Shown one piece after another: positions 11,156 to 22,441 of a DNA stretch of 64,000 nucleotides. The translations under genes were made by a program, and so were the position numbers. Numbering within the stretch: position 1 is the first letter of the stretch; every line of letters begins with the position of its first letter. Below the pieces are notes generated by a model. It saw only the letters and a program-made list of their open reading frames with translations, did not search any database and was not told where the DNA came from. This DNA comes from Naegleria gruberi. Its lineage: Eukaryota. Where the stretch lies: NCBI GenBank assembly GCA_000004985.1, contig GG738864.1; one strand, written 5' to 3'.

Positions 11156-11983
11156 TAGTGAAAATATTAAATTTCACTAAAATATTACTATTATCAGATT
11201 TATTTCCGCAAATATTACTATTATAATGATGATAAATAACAATGATGATGGTTGGTAGTTGTTCCGATGATGATATACCAACTTGAATTTTTCCAAATAA
11301 TAAAATTATTTCCAAATCATGATGAAGGATTAAATTCCAGAAATTACTAGTAATACTATTATTTAAATCATGATGAGATGATGTGGTGAAATTCTTGGAG
11401 TTAATAGATGTGAAATCACTCCAAGAATCAACAGAGTCGTGATGTACCTGATGTTGATCCAATATTTTTGAAATATTTTTCCAAGTTCTTGTAGATTCCA
11501 AACACCTAAGAATCGGTGTGCCCAAAGATATTTTTTGCATGGAAGAATAATGCGACCGAATATTACCGAATAATTTTTTATACGGGTTTATTTCGTATAT
11601 AACATAAAGTTTACAGATTTTATGAAGATTATTATGATATATCACAAGATGAAGACGTTACTATTAAACAAATTGTAAATCACGAAATGTTATTTGGAGA
11701 CAATCCTTCAAACAAACGTCTTAATTAGTGTGTGATTAAGAAAAGTAAACAAAGTGATGCAACCGGACTTGTGCTCACAAAAGAAACAATGGATGATTAC
11801 TCTCCTTCATCAGACAGGATGGTTAGATTTAATATTATCGGCTTTGAGATAGCCCACACTGAATTTCATAGCACAACATTTGATATTGTATTCGTTAATG
11901 GTTGGCATAAACAATATTTTGTTGTTTGTTGAAAGTTTGCTTCCTCAACAACAGAAAGTTACAAGATCAACAAATTCAACAAT

Positions 11984-12226
11984 TTGAAGGGTATTGGAAA
12001 ACCAAGTCAACCTAAATATCAGCAATACTCTGAGCATTTCCTTAAATTTAATTACAGCCAATCAGTTAACAAATTTCATCCATCGTTTGCATTCGTTGAT
12101 TGTTTAATTGAATCAGTGACCAGTCAATCTACATTTAGATTATCCTTATCACAAATTGAATGTTTATTTACTTTATGTCAACAAATCTCATTATTGAAAA
12201 AGGAAAATTTGGAAGAAATTGTGTAA
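11984..12226 (+). CDS. Possible exon of a hypothetical multi-exon gene
   Basis: It is an open frame only, has no recognisable domain and begins with a TTG alternative start. It lies in line with the downstream ORFs 12269..12980. Confidence 0.2.
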   Translation: MKGIGKPSQPKYQQYSEHFLKFNYSQSVNKFHPSFAFVDCLIESVTSQSTFRLSLSQIECLFTLCQQISLLKKENLEEIV

Positions 12227-12268
12227 CAATTAGAGGCATTTTCAACAAAGTATTGTCAATATTCTGAT

Positions 12269-12980
12269 TTGTTTTCAGAAATTCTAACAGATACATGGAA
12301 TGATACCTATAATTCTATTCAGGTATTTAAAAGTTGGGCTTTCTTTCCTTTTCAAAAGATTACTCAACCTTTCTTGTTCGATTCTGAACTTGCTCAGGAT
12401 TCTCCACATCTTCTCAGATACCTCATTTCATGTAAATATGGTAATTTATTGGCAGGTCAAATCCTTTCTCAAATATATCTGGTAGAAGATGAAGATGGAG
12501 ATTTATTTAGATTGGCAAAGCAATGTGGTGTCCCAGAGGAGAACTCTCCAAACTCAATTGAGCAATATCCTAATATTTTACTGAGAGGAAATAGAAAAGA
12601 GTTGAGCAATGTAAATACAGATCCCAGATTGTGGTATTTTCATCCTACATATAATTGTAATTATTCAAGATTTCCAAAAATACTTATTTGGCTTGGATTG
12701 GTATTTACTTTATTTATTTGTTTTAGGATTGAGATTTAAAGAAAATGTTGAAAAAGTTAAACCAATTCTCAAAGAGTATAATATTGGTCTCTATCATCAC
12801 TTTATTAGACAATTACTTCCAACTACTTTAGAAAGAATTGAATGTTCTAAAAAAGCAATTGCAAATGAAGATATTCAATTAATTAATACGACAACAGAAG
12901 AACCAGAAATGCTGTTGTGGAGAAGTCTTGCTCGTTTATTTGAGGAAGAAAAAACAGAGTATAAATCCTCTTCCTGCTAA
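12269..12980 (+). CDS. Hypothetical protein, probably 2 exons covering ORFs 12269..12739 and 12693..12980. The splice junction is unresolved.
   Basis: There are two overlapping open frames with a gtattt...ttttag intron-like segment at about 12709..12734. I could not find a frame-consistent junction. Confidence 0.3.
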
Positions 12981-13026
12981 CTTAACTGGATGAAGTTGTT
13001 GAGATATTACCAATAATTGGATTTCT

Positions 13027-13461
13027 TCAATTTATACTGAAAAATTCATTGTATAAAAACAGTATTCCTCCAATAATCAAGAACACCACAATCATATAGG
13101 GAAAATAGATAACCATCACAATTTCAAGAACCAACAAGATAAGAGTTACCACAGGAGTTAAGCATATTAAAGTGATAAGCAGCCAATTAGGAAGACATGT
13201 TTCATTGACATAATCTGCAGTATGAACTCTAACATAGAACAGGAAGAAATGTGCTGGGAATAAGAACATTAGAAACGGAATTCCAAGATAAGTAATCAAA
13301 CTCAACCAAGGAAGGTCCATAGTCTTTGCCAACAACTGTTGGAAGGAGTTACTTGTTATTGGGCTACTAGTAGTTGAAGTTTCGTTGGATTCTACTTCTT
13401 CATTGTCAAGATTTGTTGGCATTGGTTCACAAGTTTCCTGCGCTGTTGGTGTTTCTGACAT
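13027..13461 (-). CDS. Small hypothetical membrane protein (144 aa) with an acidic N-terminus and 3 predicted TM helices
   Basis: A real ATG is present (ATG TCA GAA ACA CCA). Hydrophobic segments include LSLITYLGIPFLMFLF, LLITLICLTPVVTLILLVLEIV and MIVVFLIIGGILFL. Confidence 0.4.
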   Translation of the reverse strand: MSETPTAQETCEPMPTNLDNEEVESNETSTTSSPITSNSFQQLLAKTMDLPWLSLITYLGIPFLMFLFPAHFFLFYVRVHTADYVNETCLPNWLLITLICLTPVVTLILLVLEIVMVIYFPYMIVVFLIIGGILFLYNEFFSIN

Positions 13462-13622
13462 TTTTTACTTCAAATAAACTGCAAGCTATTCTAATCTTCT
13501 TTTTTATTTCGTAATTAACGTGAGTATTCTTAAAAATCGAAACGTGATTTGTTGTAATTGAACAGTAAAACTGAAAGTTCAGAAGTACTTTGTTAGAAGA
13601 CAATCTATTCATATGCAATAAC

Positions 13623-15095
13623 TTAAAATTCATTCTTCTTCTTTTTCAATTTGTCAACCTTAATCTTGTCAATTTTCATTTCACGTTGGAAAGCAAGAGA
13701 TTGTTTGAATCGATGATGTGTGTCCATCATGACCAGACATGTTTCCTTTTCTAAAATATTGAACATGGTATCTGGTAGAGTTTCAATTTGCTTATCATTG
13801 AACTTGTCAAGATAATCCTTGACAGAATCAGTTAAAACATGTGACACATTGACAGCCATTTCACCAGTCACTTCCAAGAATTCAGTAAAAATCTCAAATG
13901 CAACTTCATACTTTTTAGCTTCCGTTTCGTTATATTCCCTCTCTAGTGGTGATTCCTTCTTCTTTTTTACAGAGCTAGCAGATTCGGCTGAAGTATCACT
14001 TGATACATCACTTATATTCGAATCATGTCCAAACATTCTCATTTGCAACTCAATTGATCGTTCACATAACGAACGATAATATTGAATCTTTTCAAGAAGT
14101 AAGAAATTCTCCATTGACTTTTCCTTTTCACAATGAGTTTTGAAAATAGCTCTCAAAGTTTCGTCTTCCATCGTATCCATCAACATGATTGCATTTGCAC
14201 GACGAATCTTTTCCAAATACAATGAATCTCTATTAATTGCAAACGTAAACACAAATACTATAATTGGTAATATCACAACCAATGAAAAACAAATCACAAT
14301 CAACTGAACCAACGTAATCGCCAACACATTCTCATCCTTATCACCTTCCTTCTCCTGCACATACGAAACCAAATCCTCCAATCCTCCCCTAAACCTTTCC
14401 AAGTATCCATTATACACTTGAGAATTCAATCTTTCAATCGCATCTCCTTTCTGTCCTCTCAATATAAACAAATTAATTTGAGTATTTTGAGAATCTAACA
14501 TGTTGGATGCTTCGATTGTTGTTGCATTGAGCATGATTTGGATTTTTGGATCGTTGAGAGTGAGTTGAATGTTTTTGAGGATTGATTTGACGGATTGGGA
14601 GGCATTTCTGTATTGTGCTGAAACTAGACTGAATTGAGTTTCGTCGTAGCTGATTCCTGTAAAGATGTACTTTACAATGATTGAGTTTGAACTTTCGAAT
14701 ATGGATGTTACTTGACCAACACTTATTAGAATTTCAGTTGATTTGGATGAAACTGTTATGAACGCAGCAATGGCAACTCCAGCTAATACTAATAATCCCA
14801 TCACTGTCACTAACATGCCAAGTAAACATGCCAATTTCATGGCAGTCAACTCAACCACACCACAACAGGTACGAACTTTAAATTTTGAAAAGGACGTTCT
14901 GGAATTCCCACTTTCACTTGGATTTACGAAAGCAACTTGTGTTGTTGGTTGTTTTGGTGTTGTTGGCGATGCGATGGTCACAACTTTCTTATTGGAAACT
15001 GGTGGAATGTTATTGGATGCTTGTGGTGATTTGGCAGGTGAAGTGGATGTTGAATTGACAACAATATTTGGTGAAATCTTGTCCGCATTATTCAT
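13623..15095 (-). CDS. Membrane-anchored RGS-domain protein (regulator of G-protein signalling), 490 aa
   Basis: A real ATG is present (ATG AAT AAT GCG). There is an N-terminal TM helix (LACLLGMLVTVMGLLVLAGVAIAAFITV) and a second one (ITLVQLIVICFSLVVILPIIVFVF). The C-terminal RGS-like motifs are SMENFLLLEKIQYYR, YEVAFEIFTEFL...VNVS and FKQSLAFQ. Confidence 0.6.
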   Translation of the reverse strand: MNNADKISPNIVVNSTSTSPAKSPQASNNIPPVSNKKVVTIASPTTPKQPTTQVAFVNPSESGNSRTSFSKFKVRTCCGVVELTAMKLACLLGMLVTVMGLLVLAGVAIAAFITVSSKSTEILISVGQVTSIFESSNSIIVKYIFTGISYDETQFSLVSAQYRNASQSVKSILKNIQLTLNDPKIQIMLNATTIEASNMLDSQNTQINLFILRGQKGDAIERLNSQVYNGYLERFRGGLEDLVSYVQEKEGDKDENVLAITLVQLIVICFSLVVILPIIVFVFTFAINRDSLYLEKIRRANAIMLMDTMEDETLRAIFKTHCEKEKSMENFLLLEKIQYYRSLCERSIELQMRMFGHDSNISDVSSDTSAESASSVKKKKESPLEREYNETEAKKYEVAFEIFTEFLEVTGEMAVNVSHVLTDSVKDYLDKFNDKQIETLPDTMFNILEKETCLVMMDTHHRFKQSLAFQREMKIDKIKVDKLKKKKNEF

Positions 15096-15500
15096 TTTCC
15101 ACTCTATGTGAACAAATAATGGATATTATTAATTATTCTAAACTGTTCGAAACCTTTAAACCTACGTTAATGATGAAAGGACCAGATCTTGTCTTGTTTT
15201 TTTCTATTGTTTTGCATATGAGATGCCAACCATCTATTGGAGCGGAAACCAAATTGCCTTCCTTTTTAATGAAATCGATATTTCTGTGCCATAGAAAGCA
15301 ACACATCACTTTTGTGAAAAACAAGCATTTTAAAAAATTGTACAAATTTGGTGATGGGTTTTCCTGATTGGATAGTGACAGTTCAGTAGCCACAAAGGCA
15401 ACATTCTAATACCATGCCCAAAAAACACAACATTTCAATAATGGTGTTATTAGTAACATAATTGTCTTTGTAATCTAATGGAATAGTTTCATGAATTATT

Positions 15501-17765
15501 TTACAACCATTCAAATTCAACACAATCTGGATGGTAGAGCATAACTAATGGATAGACAGGAAGTCTCACATTTTCAAAACTGGCAAGTTCCTTATCATTT
15601 TTAAATATTTGTAATAGTTGACTTTTACAATCCAAAGAAAGTGTTAACACATCTCCAGCTCCAAACTCTGCTCCTTCCTTCTTGTAGTTGTGCATGTTTT
15701 TTAATTGTTTATCCCAAACGTAACCATTTCCAGAGAGGAAGTATCCACCAACGTTGAGATTTGCATCAGTTCCATATACACCTTCATCAGCAGTATCCCT
15801 TCTCATGACTCCTATACCAACCCATGTGAATTTTACAACTTTGATTTTCCATTTGAATGTGGAATTGCAATGATTCGTAGTTCCTAGTAAGGTATCAATG
15901 AATATTGAAGAGTAGAAACCAGCTACTGTCTTGCTTATTCTGTTTTGATTGATAGCTATACAGGAACGATCACATTTGAAGGAAGGAATAGTTCCCAATA
16001 GTCTTGTTCCATTAGAAACATCCAAAATATTATCTGAATATTTCAATATTCTCAAAGATTCATTTCCAAAGAGCATAAAGAATGGGTAAACTGGCAATTT
16101 AACATGGTTGATTCTAGTTACTCTATTTGCAAAATTATTCTTATAAAATGTGAGCTCACAATTTAAACAGTTCATTTCTACAATGATAGTATCTCCAATC
16201 TTGTAACTTGCCTTTGGATCCTTGGTGAACTTTGGCTCCACAAATCGATTCCAAGTATTTCCCTCATGATCTAATAGATAGGCTCCCTCTTGATTATAAG
16301 GATTTGTAGCAAATTTAAGCTGGTTTGTTTGGTTTTCCATCAAAACACCAATAGCATTGTACTGATCCAAATAGTCAATTTTAACTCTCCATCTCTTGAT
16401 ATTATCTTCAGTTTGACATTTGTCATTCAGCCAAACATTTGAATATTCACCATTATTGGACAGTTTCCTAATCAATGAACCATTCTTTTCAATCATACTC
16501 GAATCACAATTAAATTCGTAAGAGTTGTCAAGTTTTGGAAGGTTTGGTGAAGGAAACGATGTGACTTGTTGAAAATCTAACAATTCAACAGCATCAAGTC
16601 CATAACACATCACCAATGGGACAAGTGGCAATTTGACATTCTTGAAGGATGCAATATTCACTTCTTCCTTTGTAATTGTAAATTCCCTTGTTGAACAATT
16701 CAATTCCAGAGTAATGACATCTCCAGTGGAAGATTTAATTCCAACATTGGAGTTCTTACTATCTCCATTATAGCAGCAACTCCAAAGATAACCGTTAATA
16801 GTGTACATGTATCCTCCAAAACTAATTAATGGAGAAAGATCATAGTAGCATTCCTGAGCAATTTCTTGATCAACAGCTCCAACACCAATCCAATTTGCAT
16901 GTGTCAAAACTTTGATTTTCCATCTATATATTCCATAATCCTTGGCATCTCCTAATGATTTCCTTAAAAATAGAGAAGCATATGAACCTGATGTCAATTT
17001 TTGAATAACTCCATTTGTGCATTGATAATGATGTTTAGGATAGACAAATTCGAAGGTCTGTACTGCATCCATAGCTTCAGTCTCAGTTACACCCATAAAC
17101 TCGACACTCTCAGTTCCATGCATCATGAAAGAAGGATAAACAGGTAATCCAACATTTTTCACAGAACTCACAACAATACCATTCTTTAAAAATGTCAATT
17201 GACCAATTCTTGTATCCAACTCTACTGTGATAACATCTCCAACTCCATAGCTACCTCCTTTAATCACCAAATGTTTAGTATCTCCTGCAATTCTTCTATC
17301 CCAAATATAACCATTTGCAGAAAACATAAATTGACCATGTTCATCAAATGGTGTAAATGAAAATCTGTGATCCTTGACAATTGAAGTGTTTGCAACGCCA
17401 AGAGAAAACCAAGAATTCAAATTAATAATTTTAACATTCCATCTATAAATTAAATTTCCTTCAAGTAATTTATCTACAAATACACTGGAATATCCAATTT
17501 TGTTTTTTGCAATTATTACTGATGAAGAGGATGATGAAGGAGAAATTGGATCATAGAATGATTGATCAAGTATTAATGAAGGTAATTGTGTTGTTGCTGT
17601 TACTTTTGCTGTGGTTTCTTCCTTTGATGATACAAGTGTTGTTGTTGGCTTCTTTTTCTTTTCCAAACTTTCGAATAGCAAACCAAGACCTTTCTCTGCT
17701 GAGTATTGCAATGAATCAATAGGTGGTGGATCGATGAGTTTGGCTGGTGTTGTGGATGATGCCAT
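15501..17765 (-). CDS. Protein of 754 aa with four tandem SPRY/B30.2-like repeats
   Basis: A real ATG is present (ATG GCA TCA TCC ACA). Four repeats of about 180 aa each follow the pattern W(K/R)(V/I)K(I/V)...W(I/V)G(V/I)...GY(F/L)...NGY(I/L)WD...GD(V/I)(I/L)T(L/V)...LP(V/L)YP... Confidence 0.65.
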   Translation of the reverse strand: MASSTTPAKLIDPPPIDSLQYSAEKGLGLLFESLEKKKKPTTTLVSSKEETTAKVTATTQLPSLILDQSFYDPISPSSSSSSVIIAKNKIGYSSVFVDKLLEGNLIYRWNVKIINLNSWFSLGVANTSIVKDHRFSFTPFDEHGQFMFSANGYIWDRRIAGDTKHLVIKGGSYGVGDVITVELDTRIGQLTFLKNGIVVSSVKNVGLPVYPSFMMHGTESVEFMGVTETEAMDAVQTFEFVYPKHHYQCTNGVIQKLTSGSYASLFLRKSLGDAKDYGIYRWKIKVLTHANWIGVGAVDQEIAQECYYDLSPLISFGGYMYTINGYLWSCCYNGDSKNSNVGIKSSTGDVITLELNCSTREFTITKEEVNIASFKNVKLPLVPLVMCYGLDAVELLDFQQVTSFPSPNLPKLDNSYEFNCDSSMIEKNGSLIRKLSNNGEYSNVWLNDKCQTEDNIKRWRVKIDYLDQYNAIGVLMENQTNQLKFATNPYNQEGAYLLDHEGNTWNRFVEPKFTKDPKASYKIGDTIIVEMNCLNCELTFYKNNFANRVTRINHVKLPVYPFFMLFGNESLRILKYSDNILDVSNGTRLLGTIPSFKCDRSCIAINQNRISKTVAGFYSSIFIDTLLGTTNHCNSTFKWKIKVVKFTWVGIGVMRRDTADEGVYGTDANLNVGGYFLSGNGYVWDKQLKNMHNYKKEGAEFGAGDVLTLSLDCKSQLLQIFKNDKELASFENVRLPVYPLVMLYHPDCVEFEWL

Positions 17766-18228
17766 TTTTTTGAATCTTAAAGTTCATACACTCACAAAAT
17801 GGTGTAACGGGCACACACAGTTGAACATTGAAAATTGATCAAGTTTCCAAAATCCTTATCAGTATTCTGATGTATCAATTACAAAAAATATTAGCAAGAT
17901 TACTTTACATAATTCTTCCAAACACTGAACCTTCTAGAAGGAATTAAAACAATCGTTTTCCATTTTGTAAAAAACAATCACTACTGGATGTACTCTATTT
18001 TCTTCCGATAAATATTGTGCAGCGGCATCATTAGATTTCTAAAATTCAATCATCAAAGCCATCATGATGAAATTCTCTTCTTCCTTACTTGATGCGCAGG
18101 AATTGCACTTTAGCACCAAAAATCTCATCAAATTACTGCTCCCTCACTATTTTCAACAACGCACATTTTAAAACGCGAGATAACCCACAAACCAAATCAA
18201 CAAAACTCAAGAAAAAAAAACAAGAGAG

Positions 18229-19411
18229 ATGAAGGCTATGATTATTGAGGATTATTGTGAGGAACCAAATTTCATTGATTCCGAGCAACCAAAACCAACC
18301 ATTTCAAAAGCTAATCAAGTATTGGTCAAATTGTGTGCTGCCAGTGTCAATCCAGTCGATTATAAAGTGAGAAAGGGAGGAATGAGGGCAATTATGACAT
18401 TGCAATTTCCATTAATTTTGGGAAAGGATGGAAGTGGAATTGTTGAGCAAGTGGGTGAAGAGGTTAGTAGATTTAAAGTAGGAGATAAGGTTGCTGGGTT
18501 TCTTCCGTTTAGGAAAACTGGAACATATGCAGAGTATGCAATTTTTGAGGAGGACGAAATTGTAAAGTATTCAAATGAGCTATCTCATCAACAAGCTGCT
18601 GCATTCCCATTGGCTGGTTGTACAATAATGGAAATGTTGAGAAAACATTCGGAAGTTTTCAAGGTTTTGGAAAGAGAAGGACAAAACTCGTACGAAAATA
18701 ATCAAATTTCAGATCCATTACCAACTTTAGAGAAGAAACCATTGAAAATTCTCATAGTTGGGGCTTCAGGTGGTACAGGATTGGCAGCATGTATCATTTG
18801 TAAGCAATTTCTTTCGAGATATTTCAACACTACCATTTATGCAGTATGTTCTGAACGTAATTCAAAACTAGTTTCGGATATGGGAGCTGATGTCATTATC
18901 GATTATTCCAAGACTTCAGCCAGAGCAGGTTCCAGTACAACTCATTCTACTGGTGGACTTTCTAATGAAAAAAGTATTTGTCAAATTATTAAGGAGAACG
19001 GTGATGATTATGTGGATATTGTTTTGGATTGTGTTGGTGGTTATTACTATTATGATGATGTATGTCAGACGTTGGATTGTTCTAAGGCACCTAATGGATG
19101 TGTTTTTACAACGATTGGAACACCAACAAGTGAGAATCAAGAGTGTTTCTACTGTTTTTCGAATTGGATATTATCTCATTTCGAATAAGGTAAAAAGTTT
19201 AATTTCATGTGGATATCCATCATTTTACATGTTCATGATGGTAAAGAATGTAAGAGATATGCATTTATTGTTAAATCATGTTGTAATTTCGGATAGAGCA
19301 TTCGAAAAGTTACCACTAATTCTATTCAAATTAGAACAAGTGAAAGAAGCCCATTTACAAATGCAATCTCAGAGAACCGTTGGTAAAATAATTATCAATC
19401 ATGAACTTTAG
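18229..19411 (+). CDS. Medium-chain dehydrogenase/reductase. It is quinone-oxidoreductase-like (zinc-type ADH superfamily) with 2 or more exons.
   Basis: Conserved motifs are VNPVDYKVRKGG, VGDKVAG, a Rossmann GASGGTGLAA motif and VLDCVGG. The family's conserved C-terminal end, VISDRAFEKLPL...EAHLQMQSQRTVGKIIINHEL, sits in a different frame (ORF 18890..19411). This implies an intron at about 19150-19290 whose exact junction I could not fix. Confidence 0.6.
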
Positions 19412-19422
19412 TATCCAATGTT

Positions 19423-20406
19423 TTGGAAATGCATTCGAATCCAGTCAACAAATATAAATGGCATCTCATTCATCATTTTGTCAATCAATATTCAACAGTC
19501 AAACTCATAAAAAAAATGCATAGCTCAACTGGCTCAATTTTCATTCTGATAATGACACTTGCCACCATGGTCATCACAGCTGCTCCAATCCAACTCAACA
19601 AATCAGGAGACAAAGCTTATGGAATTGTTAAAAGTAATGAAATGATCATGTATTATGTATATACCGATACTTCATTTACATTGAGTTTGAATTATGTAGA
19701 TTCGGTGACTGTTTACATCAGATCAGGATATGAACCGACTAGGATAATGTATGATTACATTATAACGTCAGCATATCCTTCACAAGATGTTTTAGTCTAT
19801 TCGAATTCAACCTATTTTATTGGAGTTTCAACAACAGCGACACAGAAAAGCTACACGATCGAATTGAAAAAATCAAATAGTAATTCACAGAGCACAGAAT
19901 CTGGATTGGCCAATTGGATAATCGCAGTCATTGCAACCATTGTTTCAGTGGTTGTGTTGTGCATTGTTGGAATTACCTTCTTGATCATTGGATTGATTTG
20001 TTGTGGAGTGTTTGGATGTGGTTTGGTGTGTTGTGGTATTGGAGGTGCTGCTGCAATGCATGCAAATTCAACTCAACAACCAGCTTCGTCAACTACAACT
20101 GTTACAACCACATATGGTGGTGTGAATGGTCAACCAATGCAACCACAGCAACAGCTATATTATCAGCCACAGCCACAGCCACAGAAACCACCATACTCTG
20201 ATATTCCAATGCAACCAATGGCTATTCCAGTGGCTGCACAACCAAATCCAATCAGTTCAATGCATTCGATGAATTCGTGGGAGGGATCTCAAATTTCGTT
20301 AAATTCTGGATTTTCAAGTCAAGCTCAACTCTATGAAAATTTACAACCAACTTGTCCTGTAATTGAAGAAGAGGAAGAAGAACCAAAGGAATTGGTAATG
20401 AATTAA
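19423..20406 (+). CDS. Hypothetical type I membrane glycoprotein. The likely true start is ATG 19516 (MHSSTGSIFILIMTLATMVITAAP signal). It has a Cys/Gly-rich TM region and a Q/P-rich cytoplasmic tail.
   Basis: The in-frame ATG at 19516 is followed by a signal-like segment. The TM region is WIIAVIATIVSVVVLCIVGITFLIIGLICCGVFGCGLVCCGIGG. The tail contains QPQPQPQKPPYSDIP. Confidence 0.4.
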   Translation: MEMHSNPVNKYKWHLIHHFVNQYSTVKLIKKMHSSTGSIFILIMTLATMVITAAPIQLNKSGDKAYGIVKSNEMIMYYVYTDTSFTLSLNYVDSVTVYIRSGYEPTRIMYDYIITSAYPSQDVLVYSNSTYFIGVSTTATQKSYTIELKKSNSNSQSTESGLANWIIAVIATIVSVVVLCIVGITFLIIGLICCGVFGCGLVCCGIGGAAAMHANSTQQPASSTTTVTTTYGGVNGQPMQPQQQLYYQPQPQPQKPPYSDIPMQPMAIPVAAQPNPISSMHSMNSWEGSQISLNSGFSSQAQLYENLQPTCPVIEEEEEEPKELVMN

Positions 20407-20499
20407 TTCATTAAGTTAATTTATTCGACTAAAATATTTTGGAATGTTCACATCACCAATTATATGAAAATCTTCAAAGGTGATTGATAATAAATTAAT

Positions 20500-20964
20500 T
20501 TATCTACATTTTGGTGTGTTTGGTTGGTATTGAGATAGATTACAATATCCTTCACTTGTTGCCAGGACTGAAGATTGACCCTTTCCAAATTGTGGAGTTT
20601 TGCATTCAGGACATGGACAATTCTTATCGAAACTCTTCCATGCTTTGAAACATTCCTCATGTACATTAGTTCCACAAACAAGACAGTGATCTGTCTTTTC
20701 CTTTCCAGGAACGAAATCCTCATAACAAATTGGACAATGAGATCCAGCAAGTGTTTTTCTTTGTTGTCCAATAGTTAATTGAGAAGTATCTTGGCTCATT
20801 AAATTATTATAGCTCTGAATAACTTGATCGCTAGCTTTCAGAGATTGTGACAATACCTTAGGAGCATGTGCAAAAATGGCTTCTAACTCTGATTTCATTA
20901 ATGCCTTTTGGTAGACTACATAATGAGTGGCTGGTATTCTCAAAACTCTCAAATAAACAAATAG
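20500..20964 (-). CDS. SWIM+RING E3 ligase (ZSWIM2-like), exon 3, carrying the C-terminal RING-H2-type zinc finger
   Basis: The zinc finger is CPICYEDFVPGKEKTDHCLVCGTNVHEECFKAWKSFDKNCPCPEC. The acceptor is ...ctatttag|CTA TTT GTT at 20965/20964, in phase 0. Confidence 0.55.
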   Translation of the reverse strand, partial: LFVYLRVLRIPATHYVVYQKALMKSELEAIFAHAPKVLSQSLKASDQVIQSYNNLMSQDTSQLTIGQQRKTLAGSHCPICYEDFVPGKEKTDHCLVCGTNVHEECFKAWKSFDKNCPCPECKTPQFGKGQSSVLATSEGYCNLSQYQPNTPKCR

Positions 20965-21018
20965 CTAAATAGAATTAAATGTTAAAAACAATTACAATTC
21001 AACCACTAAAAAACTTAC

Positions 21019-21116
21019 AATATGTTTGCAGAAATTTCCTCTCTTAAAATCTGGACAACTACAAGTTGGAACTTGACAAACATGTACATCATAAACATTG
21101 CCAGTTGTACCGAATA
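21019..21116 (-). CDS. ZSWIM2-like exon 2, a 98-nt micro-exon that encodes the SWIM zinc finger
   Basis: After splicing it reads VFGTTGNVYDVHVCQVPTCSCPDFKRGNFCKHI, a CxCx(n)CxH SWIM signature. It is flanked by gtaagt donors on the minus strand at 21018 and 21163. Confidence 0.5.
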
Positions 21117-21163
21117 CTATAACACATTATCGATTAGTCAATCAAAAAAATACTGAAACTTAC

Positions 21164-22199
21164 CTGCAAAGGTTTCCTCATATTCCTTTTTATCCTTTCT
21201 GCCAATTAGGAAAAGTCTTTGAGTTAATGCTCTTTGAATTCTATCCAATAGTTTTTCACTACACGAAGAAACAAACTTTTTCTTTCTCTTTTCAGTTGAA
21301 TCAACAGGTGGAGATGTCATGGTTGCAAGTGGACTATCAGCAGGAATGGTTGTTGTTGAAACTGGTTGAGCTGGAGTGGAGTCCTTCTTTTTCCTAGATT
21401 TCTTTTTTTCAGAATGGGCCTTTGGTGTGGCAGCATTTGTAATTTTCAATTCTGGTGACGATGGACGTACTACTTGTTGTGAGCTGGTCTGTGTTGATAT
21501 TCCAGTAATTTGTGAGCTTGATGGTGTTATTGAAGATCTAGGAGAATTGATATTAAGTTGTGAGAGAGGAACAGTGGTCGAAGGAGAGAATAAAAGTTGG
21601 GAATATTGATCCAAATGAAGATTTGCCAAATCATTAAAGGTTGGCGTAGGAACATGTGATGATGCTGTTTGAGAGTATGATAAGGATGCATTACTACTGA
21701 GTGGAGTATGAATTGGTTGTTGTTCTGCCTTGAATGATCCATCAAGATATGGACCTAGAATATTCTTTCTATCAGTTTGTTTTGTTGGAGTTGTAAATCC
21801 TCCTTGTGATGATGTAGTTGACATTGGAGAGACAGTTCCTGGTGATGTTAAACTTGTCGAGGACATTGGGGAAGAACCTGGTGTTGCTTTGCGTCCATTT
21901 CTCCTCTTTGTTGGTGTTGTGATTTCAGGTTTTACTTCTGCCTTTACGAAAATAACATCATCAGTCACTCCATTCGATGTCACAGGACTATTATCTAAAG
22001 AAATAACCTCTATAGAAGAGTGTGGTCTTTTCATAGGAGATGCTTTTTGAGGAGAAGGCATATTACTGTATTGATTATTGTGAGAATATGATCCAGAATG
22101 TTGATGTTGTTGATGTGGTGGAGTATTACTTTGTGTTGGTTGATAAAAGTGTGGTTGATGAATTGGTTTGGAAGGTGACAGTGTTGGTGGTGGATTCAT
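21164..22199 (-). CDS. ZSWIM2-like exon 1, about 345 aa of Ser/Thr/Pro/Gln-rich low-complexity N-terminal region
   Basis: It is a long open frame ending at the donor GCA G|gtaagt. It has a real ATG (ATG AAT CCA CCA) at 22199. Confidence 0.5.
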
Positions 22200-22441
22200 T
22201 CCGAAATTATTTGTTGTTGTTGGTGATGCATTGCATTGTTTGTTGTTGCTACTCCTCCATTTAAATTGAATGTTGAAGCATTCAATCGTAACACTCTAAT
22301 CAATTCCGTCAATTGTTTTGTAGAGAATTGTTCCACACCTTTCGTAATATTAAATTCTCTCTTTAGCACATCCAAATAAATTCTATCGGTAAAACTTGTT
22401 GGCGATTGTTGCAGTTGTTGTTGTTGTTGGGAATCACTCAT
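22196..22441 (-). CDS. Small 81-aa ORF with a real ATG, directly upstream of the ZSWIM2-like exon 1 and offset from it by one base. It may be the true N-terminus, or a uORF.
   Basis: It begins ATG AGT GAT TCC CAA and carries a poly-Q. Its TGA overlaps the ATG of ORF 21138..22199 (gGAATGAATcc). A single-base indel would fuse the two. Confidence 0.2.
   Translation of the reverse strand: MSDSQQQQQLQQSPTSFTDRIYLDVLKREFNITKGVEQFSTKQLTELIRVLRLNASTFNLNGGVATTNNAMHHQQQQIISE

Noticed and set aside
11127-11645. Minus-strand 172-aa ORF
   Set aside because: It is low-complexity, has no domain, overlaps repeat copy 2 and lacks a convincing ATG context. It is probably spurious.
18890-19411. ORF 18890..19411 as an independent gene
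   Set aside because: Only its last ~45 codons make sense, as the conserved C-terminus of the MDR/quinone oxidoreductase family. The rest overlaps the upstream exon out of frame. I treat it as the terminal exon of gene 18229..19411.
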